Below are positions 1-9,084 of a stretch of 64,000 nt of DNA, piece by piece. The stretch spans positions 5,842 through 69,841 of the forward strand of contig CAZRMJ010000002.1 in NCBI GenBank assembly GCA_964601175.1, written 5' to 3'. Source of the stretch: Candidatus Woesearchaeota archaeon. Its GTDB lineage: Archaea; Nanobdellota; Nanobdellia; Pacearchaeales; GW2011-AR1. The notes under the pieces were generated by a model. That model worked only from the letters and a program-made list of their open reading frames with translations, searched no databases and was not told where the DNA came from. Position 1 is the stretch's first letter; every line of letters begins with the position of its first letter. Made by a program: the position numbers and the translations under genes.

Positions 1-207
1 AAAAAAGATGTTCGCCCTGGAAAAGGAAAAATGAGAAGTAGAAAGTATAAATTCAATGCTGGAATTTTAGTGGTAAAATCTGCTAATGAAAAAATAAATT
101 TGAAAGGTGTTGACGTTGTATCTGCTAACGACTTAAGAATTTCAGATATTTACCCTCTTGGAAGGCTTACTTTATATACTGAGCAATCGCTCAAGGAGCT
201 TAAGTAA
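1..207 (+). CDS. rpl4: 50S ribosomal protein L4 (uL4), C-terminal fragment (5' truncated by window)
   Basis: Frame-1 translation KKDVRPGKGKMRSRKYKFNAGILVVKS...TEQSLKELK* ends with TAA at 205-207. Lies immediately upstream of L23 as in the conserved S10/spc operon order. Confidence 0.8.
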   Translation, partial: KKDVRPGKGKMRSRKYKFNAGILVVKSANEKINLKGVDVVSANDLRISDIYPLGRLTLYTEQSLKELK

Positions 208-208
208 A

Positions 209-448
209 ATGTTGAAACCAATAACTACAGAAAAAGCAGTTAAGTTAATAGACATAGAGAATACTTTACTTTTCGAAACAGATAGAAGAGAAAATAAAGA
301 TACAATTGCAAAAGAAGTCAAAAAATTATTCAATGTTAAAGTTGTCAAAATTAGAACATTGACAAGAAATAACAAAAAATTTGCTTATGTTAAATTATCT
401 AAAGAAAATCCGGCAATTGATGTCGCGACTAAACTGGGAATGATCTAA
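209..448 (+). CDS. rpl23: 50S ribosomal protein L23 (uL23)
   Basis: MLKPITTEKAVKLIDIENTLLFETDRR...; has conserved L23 N-terminus and operon position. ATG at 209 is 1 nt after the L4 stop. Confidence 0.9.
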   Translation: MLKPITTEKAVKLIDIENTLLFETDRRENKDTIAKEVKKLFNVKVVKIRTLTRNNKKFAYVKLSKENPAIDVATKLGMI

Positions 449-1155
449 TGGGAAAGAGAATAATAGCGCAGGCAAGAGGTAAGGGAAGTTTATCTTATCA
501 AGCAAGAAAAAAAGCTTTTGTTTATAGAGTTGAATACCCTAGCGGAGTTTCTAGGGGTGTTGCAGAAATAATAAAATTAATACATTCACCGGCTCACTCA
601 GCTCCTTTAATGAAATTAAAAATTGGAAAGAATATATTTTATAATGCTGCATTTGAAGGTGCAACAAGAGGTCAAAGTATTACTTTAGGAGGCACAGACT
701 GTTCTCAAGGTAATGTAGTTTATTTGAAAGACATTCCAGTATCAACTAGAGTTTACAATATTGAATTAAACCCTGGAGATGGGGGAAAAATGATTAGAAC
801 TTCTGGAAGCAGTGCTCAAATTTACAAAAAATATGAAGATGGAAAAATAGGAGTTTTAATGCCTAACAGAAAAGAATTGAAATTGGACAAAGAATGCAGA
901 GCTTCAATTGGAATTGTTGCTGGAGATGGAAGAAAACAAAAACCTATGATGAAAGCCGGAGTTCACCATTACAGAGCTAAAGCTCGTAATAAATTATGGC
1001 CTAGAGTTTCTGCTGTAAGTACAAACGCAATTGATCACCCATTCGGATCTGGTAGAGGAAAGAGAATTAAATCTAAGACTGCTAAGAGAAACGCACCTCC
1101 AGGAAGAAGAGTCGGACACTTAAGACCTAGAAGAACAGGGAGGCTGAAGAGATAA
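448..1155 (+). CDS. rpl2: 50S ribosomal protein L2 (uL2)
   Basis: 235 aa; MGKRIIAQARGKGS...GGTDCSQGNVV...HHYRAKARNKLWPRVS is typical L2. Start overlaps the L23 stop (TAATG). Confidence 0.95.
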   Translation: MGKRIIAQARGKGSLSYQARKKAFVYRVEYPSGVSRGVAEIIKLIHSPAHSAPLMKLKIGKNIFYNAAFEGATRGQSITLGGTDCSQGNVVYLKDIPVSTRVYNIELNPGDGGKMIRTSGSSAQIYKKYEDGKIGVLMPNRKELKLDKECRASIGIVAGDGRKQKPMMKAGVHHYRAKARNKLWPRVSAVSTNAIDHPFGSGRGKRIKSKTAKRNAPPGRRVGHLRPRRTGRLKR

Positions 1156-1559
1156 TGGTTAAAGAAGTAGTCATCAAATCGAGAGAAAGAAAATTCTGCG
1201 GTCTTGGACTTGATCAGCTTAAAGAACTTTCATTGAAAGATTTGTCTGCATATTTACCTTCAAGAAGTAGACGTTCAATAATAAGACATCCTGAAATGAT
1301 TGAGAAGTTTATTAAATCTGCTGAAGAAAAGATTTCAAGAAAAAAGAAAGTAAGAACGCACCTTAGAGATTTGATAATTGTTCCGAAAATGGTTGGAATG
1401 AACGTTCAAGTATACAATGGTAAAACATTTGAAGAAGTTAATGTCGACGTGGATATGATAGGACATAGACTTGGAGAATTTGCACTAACTAGACAGAAAG
1501 TAAATCACTCTGCTGCGGGAATAGGAGCGACCCGTGGAAGTAAAGCGGCTAAGAAGTAA
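1155..1559 (+). CDS. rps19: 30S ribosomal protein S19 (uS19)
   Basis: 134 aa; ...VYNGKTFEEVNVDVDMIGHRLGEFALTRQKVNHSAAGIGATRGSK is the S19 signature. ATGA overlap with L2. Confidence 0.95.
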   Translation: MVKEVVIKSRERKFCGLGLDQLKELSLKDLSAYLPSRSRRSIIRHPEMIEKFIKSAEEKISRKKKVRTHLRDLIIVPKMVGMNVQVYNGKTFEEVNVDVDMIGHRLGEFALTRQKVNHSAAGIGATRGSKAAKK

Positions 1560-1560
1560 A

Positions 1561-2112
1561 ATGACTGAAAAAGAAAAAACAATGAATAAAGAAGATACTA
1601 AAGCTAGTAGCCATGCTGATCATTCACACCATGAAGGCCATGATCATAAACATGATCACGATCATGCAAGTAAGACCACTGAAGCTCCTCAAAAGAAAGA
1701 AGTTAAAGTCAACAAAGTTAAGAAGGATGTTGCAGTTGCAAGAGCTCCAGGAGTTCATATTTCTAAGAGACATGGAATGTATATTTGTTCATTCATAAAG
1801 GGAAAATCTGTTGACGACGCAATAAATGAACTTGGAGAAGTTATTATTTTAAAGAGGGCTGTTCCATTTAAGGGAGAGATTCCTCACAGAAAGGGAAAGA
1901 TAATGTCTGGAAGATATCCTGTGGCTGCTGCGAAAATATTTGTATCAGTACTTAAGAACTTAAAGGGAGCAATAATAGATAATCAAATGGATATTACCAA
2001 AACTAGAATATTTTCAGCATACACTAACTTTGCATCAAGACCTCAAAGGAGAGGTGGAACCAAAGGCAAGAGAGCTAGTGTTACAATAGAAGCAAGAGAG
2101 GTTAAGAAATAA
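1561..2112 (+). CDS. rpl22: 50S ribosomal protein L22 (uL22) with His-rich N-terminal extension
   Basis: The core VHISKRHGMYICSFIKGKSVDDAINEL...IPHRKGKIMSGRYPVAAAKI matches L22. The ATG at 1561 (MTEKEK) directly follows the S19 stop. The first ~50 aa are a low-complexity HADHSHHEGHDHKHDHDH tract. Confidence 0.9.
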   Translation: MTEKEKTMNKEDTKASSHADHSHHEGHDHKHDHDHASKTTEAPQKKEVKVNKVKKDVAVARAPGVHISKRHGMYICSFIKGKSVDDAINELGEVIILKRAVPFKGEIPHRKGKIMSGRYPVAAAKIFVSVLKNLKGAIIDNQMDITKTRIFSAYTNFASRPQRRGGTKGKRASVTIEAREVKK

Positions 2113-2113
2113 A

Positions 2114-2794
2114 ATGGAAGAGAAAAAATTTGTAAAATTCAAACAAGATGAACTTGGAATAAAAGAATACGTAAAGAATTCTCTTGGAAAAGGAAGAATA
2201 AGCGATGTTGCAATAGAATATACTCCTATCGGAGAGAAAATAATAATTGCAACAAATAAACCAGGACTAGTAATTGGAAAGAGAGGAGAAAAAATAGAAG
2301 AGCTTACTACTGTTTTGAGGAAGAGATTTAACCTTGATAATCCCCATATAGATATAAAAGAAATTACAAATGAAGCACTGGATGCTCAACTTGTTGCAGA
2401 CTCTATTGCAATACAACTTGAGCGTAAAGGATCCCTTAAGTTTAAGATAATTGCATATAAGGCTCTTGATAGCATAATGAAAGCTGGTGCTCTTGGAGTT
2501 GAGCTTGCATTATCCGGAAAACTTCCAAGCGATAGAGCAAAGACATGGAGATTTACTCAAGGATATCTTAAGAAAACAGGAGATCCTTCAAAAGTTGTAA
2601 CTAAAGCAAGTGCTCAAGCTAGAACTCAAATGGGAGTTATAGGAATTAAGGTAAGCATACTTCCACCTGATGCGCATATACATGATCAGATAAAAATAAA
2701 TGACAGCTTACTTAGCCTCATTAGACAGAATAAGATTGCTAATGCGGAAGATGATGGTAAGAAAAAAAGAAAAAAGAAGGAGGCTAAAGAATAA
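2114..2794 (+). CDS. rps3: 30S ribosomal protein S3 (uS3)
   Basis: 226 aa; KH domain (IATNKPGLVIGKRGEKIEEL) with a Lys-rich tail; operon position. Confidence 0.95.
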   Translation: MEEKKFVKFKQDELGIKEYVKNSLGKGRISDVAIEYTPIGEKIIIATNKPGLVIGKRGEKIEELTTVLRKRFNLDNPHIDIKEITNEALDAQLVADSIAIQLERKGSLKFKIIAYKALDSIMKAGALGVELALSGKLPSDRAKTWRFTQGYLKKTGDPSKVVTKASAQARTQMGVIGIKVSILPPDAHIHDQIKINDSLLSLIRQNKIANAEDDGKKKRKKKEAKE

Positions 2795-2997
2795 TGGCCT
2801 TGTTAAAAATTAAAGAAATCTCTTCGATGGATGTGAAATCTAGAAAAGATAAAATTAAGGAATTAGAACTTGAATTGATGAAGTCTCAAACTGGTGCTCA
2901 AAAATCTTTAGGCAAAACCAAAGAGATTAAAAGGACTATTGCGCGCTTAAAAACACTCAACGTATCAAAAGGTACAATGAAGGAGAAAAATAAGTAA
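2794..2997 (+). CDS. rpl29: 50S ribosomal protein L29 (uL29)
   Basis: 67 aa; MALLKIKEISSMDVKSRKDKIKELELELMK... is the L29 coiled-coil pattern. ATGA overlap with S3. Confidence 0.9.
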   Translation: MALLKIKEISSMDVKSRKDKIKELELELMKSQTGAQKSLGKTKEIKRTIARLKTLNVSKGTMKEKNK

Positions 2998-3297
2998 ATG
3001 GAAATAGATCCAAGAACAGGGTTGCCTACAACCGCTATTGCTTGGGAAGATTTGGCCAAAGGCCAGCAGAAGATAAAGATAGCGACTGAAAAACGTCGTT
3101 ATGGCAAGGTTATAACCCTTGTCTCAGGCTTTGATAAAGCAATTGATTTAAAAACTACTGCAAAGGCTCTTAAAGAGGGTCTTGCATGTGGTGGAACAGT
3201 CAAAGATGGAGTTATAGAACTTCAAGGAGATCACAAGAGACATGTTAGACAGATTCTTGTGAAATTAGGATTCTCTGATGAATCCATAGAGGACTAA
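2998..3297 (+). CDS. sui1: Translation initiation factor SUI1 (aIF1/eIF1 family)
   Basis: 99 aa; ...KRRYGKVITLVSGFDKAIDLKTTAKALKEGLACGGTVKDGVIELQGDHKRHV matches the SUI1 fold signature. It sits between L29 and S17, where SUI1 and/or Rpp29 sit in many archaea. Confidence 0.85.
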   Translation: MEIDPRTGLPTTAIAWEDLAKGQQKIKIATEKRRYGKVITLVSGFDKAIDLKTTAKALKEGLACGGTVKDGVIELQGDHKRHVRQILVKLGFSDESIED

Positions 3298-3298
3298 A

Positions 3299-3625
3299 AT
3301 GGCAAAGAAAGAAATTGAAACAAAAATTGAAGGAAAGAAAAAACTAATTGTAGTTGGAACTAGAGGAAGAACTTTCGAAGGTACAGTTGTTAAAAAATTT
3401 GACAACAGAGCAGTCGTGGAGTTTGATAGAATGGTTAAGATTGCAAAATATGAAAGATTTATGAGAAAGACTACTAGACTTCATTCAAGAATACCTTCCG
3501 GAATGCAATTGAATATTGGAGATTATGTTAAAGTTAGAGAATGTAGACCATTAGGTAAAATAATTCATTCTGTTGTTGTTGAAGTTATAAGACCTGCTTC
3601 TGGAAAGATGGAGGAGAAAAAATGA
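3299..3625 (+). CDS. rps17: 30S ribosomal protein S17 (uS17)
   Basis: 108 aa; VVGTRGRTFEGTVVK...IGDYVKVRECRPLGKIIHSVVVEV. Confidence 0.9.
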   Translation: MAKKEIETKIEGKKKLIVVGTRGRTFEGTVVKKFDNRAVVEFDRMVKIAKYERFMRKTTRLHSRIPSGMQLNIGDYVKVRECRPLGKIIHSVVVEVIRPASGKMEEKK

Positions 3626-4023
3626 AAGCAATGCCTGCAAGAGTTACAAGGGGATTGAACGTTGGAAGCGTTGTTGTTGCTAGTGATAATAGCGGTGCAA
3701 GACTTGTTAGAATAGTTGGAGTAAAGAAAGGAAAATCCGGTAAGGGAACTCAACAGTATGCTAAAGTCGGAGATTATGTTAAAGTTTCAGTTCGTGCTGG
3801 AAAACCTGATATGAAAGGTCAAGTGTTTGATGCTGTATTGATAAGACAAAAGAAACCATATAGAAGAAATACTGGAGAAAGAGTAATGTTTGAAGATAAT
3901 GCAGTATGCTTACTTAAGGATGATAAAGGAAATCCTAAAGGTACATTTATCAAAGGACCGATATCTAAAGAAGTATTTGAAAGGTGGAAAGCAGTTGCTA
4001 AAATTGCTCAATTTGTATTATGA
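3622..4023 (+). CDS. rpl14: 50S ribosomal protein L14 (uL14)
   Basis: 133 aa; ...RLVRIVGVKKGKSGKGTQQYAKVGDYVKVSVRAGKPDMKGQVFDAVLIRQKK; ATGA overlap. Confidence 0.95.
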   Translation: MKAMPARVTRGLNVGSVVVASDNSGARLVRIVGVKKGKSGKGTQQYAKVGDYVKVSVRAGKPDMKGQVFDAVLIRQKKPYRRNTGERVMFEDNAVCLLKDDKGNPKGTFIKGPISKEVFERWKAVAKIAQFVL

Positions 4024-4442
4024 AAACAATGTTCTCTACTACATGGAAAAGAAGCGTTCAACCTAGAAGACAACGCAAGTATAAAGAAGAAGCTCCCCTT
4101 CATATAAAGCATAAGTTTTTAAGTGCACCTTTGTCAAAGGAATTGCGCAAAAAATACGGAATGCGCAGTCTACCCGTAAGAACTGGAGATGAAGTGAATA
4201 TAATGCGGGGAACATTCGCTTCAAAGAAAGCTAAAGTATTGGAAGTTCAAGTTAGCAAAGGAAGAGTAGCCCTTGATGGAATTACTCGAAAAAAAGCTGA
4301 CGGAACAAAGTTAAACGTTTATTTCAACCCAAGTAAATTGCAAATAATAGCGTTGAAGCTCGATGACTCGAGACGCGTTTCAAAAGGCGTTGTCGAGCAA
4401 AAGAAATCTGAGGAAAAAAACAATGCATCAGACAAGAAGTGA
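4020..4442 (+). CDS. rpl24: 50S ribosomal protein L24 (uL24), with Lys/Glu-rich C-terminal tail
   Basis: 140 aa; QPRRQRK...LSKELRKKYGMRSLPVRTGDEVNIMRGTFASKKAKVLEV is the KOW-domain L24. Confidence 0.9.
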   Translation: MKTMFSTTWKRSVQPRRQRKYKEEAPLHIKHKFLSAPLSKELRKKYGMRSLPVRTGDEVNIMRGTFASKKAKVLEVQVSKGRVALDGITRKKADGTKLNVYFNPSKLQIIALKLDDSRRVSKGVVEQKKSEEKNNASDKK

Positions 4443-5040
4443 AATCATACAAAAATTACCATTACCTAGAAAAGGGACAAAATATGTAGCTGTAGCTATA
4501 AGAAATAGATATAACAGTGTACCTTTAGTTGTTGCGATAAGAGATATGCTTAACCTTGCTTCTACAAGTAAAGAAGTTAAGAAAATGATTCACAATAAAG
4601 CTGTAAAGGTAAATGGAAAGATTTCTAAGAATCTTAACGATCCATTGAATTTATTCTCAATTTTAGATATAGGTAAAAAATATATGCTTACAATCTTACC
4701 TACAAATAGATTTTCTCTTGAAGAAACTAAAAATGAAACTAGAAATTTGAAGATAACTGGCAAAAGAGTAGTTAGAAATGGTGCACTTCAATATTCATTA
4801 CATGATGGAACTAGTATTTCTTCAAAACAGAGTTTTCTCGTTGGAGATACATTAGTTTTGAACCATGAAAATAAAGTTTTGAAACATATCACTTTTGAAA
4901 AAGGAAAAGATGTTTTTGTATTATTTGGAAGTAATGTTGGAAAAATAGGCAAAATAAAGGAAATTTCAGATAAGGGTATTCTATTAAAACTTGAAGATAA
5001 AGAGTTTGTCGCAGATAACAGGCAGGTAATTTTGATATGA
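4423..5040 (+). CDS. rps4e: 30S ribosomal protein S4e (eS4)
   Basis: ...IIQKLPLPRKGTKYVAVAIRNRYNSVPLVVAIRDMLNLASTSKEVKKMIHNKAVKVNGK is archaeal-type S4e. Start chosen at ATG 4423; the six-frame ORF begins at 4363, overlapping L24. Confidence 0.85.
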   Translation: MHQTRSEIIQKLPLPRKGTKYVAVAIRNRYNSVPLVVAIRDMLNLASTSKEVKKMIHNKAVKVNGKISKNLNDPLNLFSILDIGKKYMLTILPTNRFSLEETKNETRNLKITGKRVVRNGALQYSLHDGTSISSKQSFLVGDTLVLNHENKVLKHITFEKGKDVFVLFGSNVGKIGKIKEISDKGILLKLEDKEFVADNRQVILI

Positions 5041-5546
5041 GCAACGTTATGAGATCCCCTAAGATATCAAGAGTAGTTTTGAGTGCTGGAGCTGTAGATA
5101 AGGATTTGGAGAAAGCTAAAAAACTTCTCGAGGTTATTTCTGAAAAGAAAGCACAAATAACTTTGTCTGGACCTAGAGCAAGAATTCCTGCTTTTGGAGT
5201 TAAGCCTAAAATGGAATTGGGAACTAATGTTACATTAAGAAATGAAGAAGCTATAGAAATTCTTAAGAGACTTCTTGGAGCAATAGATAATAAGCTTAGA
5301 GTCAAGCAGATAGATAAAAATAATTTCTCTTTCGGAATACCTGAGTATATCAACATTCCTGGAATAAAATATATGAGAGAAATTGGAATAAGAGGATTTA
5401 ATGTTACTGTAGTTTTTGAAAGACCTGGATTAAGAGTTAAGAAGAGAAAGCTAAAGAAAGGGGTCGTTCCAAAGAAACAACATGTTTCACCTGAAGAAAT
5501 AATTGATTATATGGAAAAAAACTTTAAAACGGAGATAACACAATGA
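5037..5546 (+). CDS. rpl5: 50S ribosomal protein L5 (uL5)
   Basis: 169 aa; ...PRARIPAFGVKPKMELGTNVTLRNEEA...FSFGIPEYINIPGIKY. Confidence 0.95.
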   Translation: MSNVMRSPKISRVVLSAGAVDKDLEKAKKLLEVISEKKAQITLSGPRARIPAFGVKPKMELGTNVTLRNEEAIEILKRLLGAIDNKLRVKQIDKNNFSFGIPEYINIPGIKYMREIGIRGFNVTVVFERPGLRVKKRKLKKGVVPKKQHVSPEEIIDYMEKNFKTEITQ

Positions 5547-5596
5547 CAGCAAGCGATTGGAATAAAGTATTGAAACAAATTAGAAATAAGCCTGCT

Positions 5597-5773
5597 ATGG
5601 CCAAGAAATTCCTTAAGTTTAATAAGCCTAAGGATAGGAAATCTGGTATTGCTGCCCAAAAATGCAAACGTTGCGGAAGGTTTGGTGCTCACTTAAATCA
5701 ATATGACTTGCATTTATGCAGGCATTGTTTCAGAGAAATAGCTCAGGAGATAGGATTCAAGAAATTTAATTAA
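5597..5773 (+). CDS. rps14: 30S ribosomal protein S14 (uS14, zinc-binding type)
   Basis: MAKKFLKFNKPKDRK...CKRCGRFGAHLNQYDLHLCRHCFREIA. The C4 zinc-ribbon S14 is usually ~55 aa. The ORF opens at 5543; ATG 5597 is preferred by homology. Confidence 0.85.
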   Translation: MAKKFLKFNKPKDRKSGIAAQKCKRCGRFGAHLNQYDLHLCRHCFREIAQEIGFKKFN

Positions 5774-5774
5774 C

Positions 5775-6149
5775 ATGAGTCAAGACATAATTTCAGACGG
5801 TTTAAATAGAATAATGAATGCAAAGCTAGCTGGCCATAGCAATGTTACTTTGAAAAATCATTCAAAGTTTTTACAGAGTATTTTGGCAATAGGAAAACTT
5901 AAGGGGTATATCTCTGAATATAATGTTACTCCGAAAGGATTGTTTATTGAGTTTAATGAACTTCATAAATGTAAAGCTGTTAAGCCCAGATATATTGTTA
6001 AAGTTAAAGACATAGACAAGTACGTTAGAAGATATCTTCCTGCAAGAAACATTGGAACATTAATAATTTCTACAAGTGAAGGATTAGTAACTCATCAAAC
6101 TGCTATCGATAAGAACATAGGAGGAAGCGTTATTGCTTACATGTACTAA
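5775..6149 (+). CDS. rps8: 30S ribosomal protein S8 (uS8)
   Basis: 124 aa; ...DGLNRIMNAKLAGHSNVTL...STSEGLVTHQTAIDKNIGGSVIAYMY. Confidence 0.95.
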   Translation: MSQDIISDGLNRIMNAKLAGHSNVTLKNHSKFLQSILAIGKLKGYISEYNVTPKGLFIEFNELHKCKAVKPRYIVKVKDIDKYVRRYLPARNIGTLIISTSEGLVTHQTAIDKNIGGSVIAYMY

Positions 6150-6691
6150 TGAGAAAATCATACGAAGTTAGCGTGAAAATACTTAACGGAATTGATTGCA
6201 AACTTTCTGGAAATGTGTTGCAATGTTCTAAAGGGAATTCTAAATTGTCAAAAGTTTTTGCACTTAATAATACTTCAATGTCATTGGAAGATGGAGCTCT
6301 TAAGATAATTTGTTCAAAAGCTAACAAAAAAGATATTGCTAACGTAAATTCTTATGTTGCACACATAAATAATATGTTTAAAGGGCTTAATGAAAGATAT
6401 GTTTATGAAATGGAAGTTTCTAATGTTCATTTCCCTATGACTGTTAAAGTTGATAAAGGGACATTAATAATAACCAATTTTCTTGGAGAGAAAGTTCCTA
6501 GAAAGGCTAAAATAATTGACGGCGTTGAAGTGAAAGTTGAAGGAACTGAAATCATAGTCTCAAGTGCAGATATAGAAAAAGCAGGTCAAACTGCAGCGAA
6601 TATAGAAAAAGCTTCCACAGTTACTAAAAAAGATAGAAGAGTCTTTCAAGATGGAATATTCATAACTAAAAAACCAGGAGTAGAAGCATGA
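6149..6691 (+). CDS. rpl6: 50S ribosomal protein L6 (uL6)
   Basis: 180 aa; two-domain L6 pattern (VKVDKGTLIITNFLGEKVPRKAKIIDGVEVKVEG). Confidence 0.9.
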   Translation: MRKSYEVSVKILNGIDCKLSGNVLQCSKGNSKLSKVFALNNTSMSLEDGALKIICSKANKKDIANVNSYVAHINNMFKGLNERYVYEMEVSNVHFPMTVKVDKGTLIITNFLGEKVPRKAKIIDGVEVKVEGTEIIVSSADIEKAGQTAANIEKASTVTKKDRRVFQDGIFITKKPGVEA

Positions 6692-7056
6692 GAAAATTCC
6701 TTAGAAGAAATACTTTGAAATATTCGAGACTTGGAAAAGGAAGAAGAAAGCTTCAGAAATGGAGAAGTGCTGTTGGAAGACATAGTAAGATAAGAAAGAA
6801 TAGATTGGGATATACAAAATCTCCTCGTATTGGATTCAAATCCCCTAGAAGTACTTCTGGAAAAATACAAGGAAAAACACCATTGCTTATCAGAAGCATG
6901 CAAGATATTTCAAAAGCTAACAAGGATAACATATTGATAATTGCAAGAGTAATCGGCGCTAGAAAAAGAGTAGAAATAATAAAGAAAGCAGATGAATTGA
7001 AACTTCAAATATTGAATGTAAAAAAACTAGGAGGAAATAATAATGGATCTAAGTAA
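6688..7056 (+). CDS. rpl32e: 50S ribosomal protein L32e (eL32)
   Basis: 122 aa; basic KWRSAVGRHSKIRKNRLGYTKSPRIGFKSP... is archaeal/eukaryotic-specific L32e. Confidence 0.9.
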   Translation: MRKFLRRNTLKYSRLGKGRRKLQKWRSAVGRHSKIRKNRLGYTKSPRIGFKSPRSTSGKIQGKTPLLIRSMQDISKANKDNILIIARVIGARKRVEIIKKADELKLQILNVKKLGGNNNGSK

Positions 7057-7459
7057 AAAGAAATCTCTTGCTGCTAGAACTCTTGGAGTAGGAGTTGCTA
7101 GAGTTAAATTTAACTCCAGTAGCTTGAATGAGATAAAAGAAGCTATAACCAAACAAGACATTAGGGACTTAGTTGCTAGCAAAGCAATTTTTGTTAGCGA
7201 GATTACTGGTCGAAAAGCTATCCAACCTAGAAAGAGAAAGAGGGCAGGAAGTATACGTATGAGACCTAATACTAGAAAGAGAAATTATATGGTTTTAACA
7301 AGAAAACTTAGAGCTTATCTTTCAGAGATCAAGAAACATGGTAAGCTAAGTAATGAAGAATTTTCATCTTTGAGGAAAGGAATTAGAGGAAAAATGTTTA
7401 GAAGTAAATCTCACTTAAAAGAGTATATTGAATTATCTAGAAAGGAGAAGGCACAATGA
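7043..7459 (+). CDS. rpl19e: 50S ribosomal protein L19e (eL19)
   Basis: 138 aa; SLAARTLGVGVARVKF...RKRKRAGSIRMRPNTRK. Confidence 0.9.
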   Translation: MDLSKKKSLAARTLGVGVARVKFNSSSLNEIKEAITKQDIRDLVASKAIFVSEITGRKAIQPRKRKRAGSIRMRPNTRKRNYMVLTRKLRAYLSEIKKHGKLSNEEFSSLRKGIRGKMFRSKSHLKEYIELSRKEKAQ

Positions 7460-7938
7460 ACAGAATACAAAAAACTATTAGAAGAAGAAGATTTGAAGGT
7501 AAAACAGACTACAAGGCTAGATTTTATCTACTTAAATCTGGAAAATCTAGAGTAGTCTTTAGAAAGACAAACAAGTATCTTCAAGGACAATTAGTTACAT
7601 CTGAAGTTGCAAAAGATAAAGTATTAGTTACAGTCAGCACAAAAGATCTTCTTAAACATGGATGGCCTGAAAAACTTTCTGGAAGCTTGAAGAGTCTTCC
7701 TGCTGCATACTTAATGGGATATTTGCTTGGGAAAAAATCTAAAGTTAAAGATGGAATTCTTGACATGGGACTGTTAACACACGTTCCTAAATCTAGAGTT
7801 TATGCATTCGTTAGAGGACTTCGCGATTCTGGATTTGAAATTCCTTGTAATGAAGAAGTTCTTCCTGATGATGAGATGTTAAATAGAAAACCGGAGACAG
7901 GAAAGCTTATTAATCAACTAAAGGAGAAGCTTAAGTAA
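7456..7938 (+). CDS. rpl18: 50S ribosomal protein L18 (uL18)
   Basis: 160 aa; RRRRFEGKTDYKARFYLLKSGKSRVVFRKTNKYLQGQLV... Confidence 0.9.
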   Translation: MNRIQKTIRRRRFEGKTDYKARFYLLKSGKSRVVFRKTNKYLQGQLVTSEVAKDKVLVTVSTKDLLKHGWPEKLSGSLKSLPAAYLMGYLLGKKSKVKDGILDMGLLTHVPKSRVYAFVRGLRDSGFEIPCNEEVLPDDEMLNRKPETGKLINQLKEKLK

Positions 7939-7939
7939 A

Positions 7940-8665
7940 ATGGAAGAACAAAAAACTACCGACGACGAATATGCAGAAGCTCCACCTACTGAAGAAGCTA
8001 TTGTTGAAGAGATTCCTAAGGAAGAAATTTCTCCACTTCAATCATGGTCTCCTAAAACTCAAACAGGTAAGGATGTAAAAAGTGGAAAGATAAAAAATAT
8101 AGATGAAATACTTGATAAGGGTAAGAAAATATTAGAACCTGAAGTTGTTGATAGTTTGCTTAATGTTGAAAAAGATCTTTTGCTTGTAGGTCAATCAAAG
8201 GGAAAGTTCGGTGGAGGAAAAAGAAGGGCCTGGAGACAAACTCAGAAAAAAACAATGGAAGGTAACGTTCTTACATTTTCTTCAATGGCAATAGTTGGAG
8301 ATAAAAATGGGCATGTCGGAGTAGGCCTTGGAAAAAGCAAAGAAACATTACCTTCTAGAGAAAAAGCTATTAGAATGGCTAAACTGAATATAATTAAAGT
8401 TAATAGAGGATGTGGCCATTTCGATTGTTCTTGTTCAGAATTGCACAGCATACCATTCACAGTTGAAGGAAAGTGTGGCAGTGTTGTAGTTAAATTAATA
8501 CCTGCCCCTCAAGGAACTGGGCTTGTTATTGGAGATGAATGTAAAAAGATACTAAAGTTAGCAGGTATAAGAGACGTTTATTCATATACTAAAGGATATG
8601 GTAGATCTACAATAAATTTCGCTACTGCATGTGTAAAAGCTCTAAAGAAGACGGGGTCCCTATGA
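7940..8665 (+). CDS. rps5: 30S ribosomal protein S5 (uS5) with acidic N-terminal extension
   Basis: 241 aa; ...GGGKRRAWRQTQKKTMEGNVLTFSSMAIVGDKNGHVGVGLGKSKE... matches the S5 dsRBD and C-terminal domain. Confidence 0.95.
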   Translation: MEEQKTTDDEYAEAPPTEEAIVEEIPKEEISPLQSWSPKTQTGKDVKSGKIKNIDEILDKGKKILEPEVVDSLLNVEKDLLLVGQSKGKFGGGKRRAWRQTQKKTMEGNVLTFSSMAIVGDKNGHVGVGLGKSKETLPSREKAIRMAKLNIIKVNRGCGHFDCSCSELHSIPFTVEGKCGSVVVKLIPAPQGTGLVIGDECKKILKLAGIRDVYSYTKGYGRSTINFATACVKALKKTGSL

Positions 8666-9084
8666 ATCTAATAGTAATAAGAATTTCAGGAATGGTAGAA
8701 GTGCCTCAGAAGATAGGGCATACATTGGATAATATAAACTTAAGAAGAAAATATTCTGCAATACTTCTTGAGGAATCTCCTGAAAACTTGAAAATGCTTA
8801 ACAAAATAAGAAGTTTTGTTGCTTATGGCCCAATAAGTAAGGAAAGCTTACACAAGCTTATATCTCTCAGAGCGGAATTATCTGATAAAACAAAAAAGAT
8901 TGACGCAGATTCCGTGATTAAAAATTTAGATAAGAAATCTCTTAAGGAACAAGGAATAAAACCATTCTTTAGATTACACCCTCCTAGAAAAGGAATAGAA
9001 AGTAAGAAACACTATGGTGTTGGAAAAGGAGTTTTGGGAGATAACAAAGAGAATATAAATCTTCTTTTGGAGAGAATGTTATGA
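8662..9084 (+). CDS. rpl30: 50S ribosomal protein L30 (uL30)
   Basis: MNLIVIRISGMVEVPQKIGHTLDNINLRRKYSAILLEESPENLKMLNKIRSFVAYGPIS; ATGA overlap with S5. Confidence 0.9.
   Translation: MNLIVIRISGMVEVPQKIGHTLDNINLRRKYSAILLEESPENLKMLNKIRSFVAYGPISKESLHKLISLRAELSDKTKKIDADSVIKNLDKKSLKEQGIKPFFRLHPPRKGIESKKHYGVGKGVLGDNKENINLLLERML

Noticed and set aside
2998-3297. Possibility that the gene between L29 and S17 is RNase P subunit Rpp29
   Set aside because: The sequence (GKVITLVSGFD...LACGGTV...IELQGDH) matches SUI1/eIF1, not the Rpp29 Sm-like fold.
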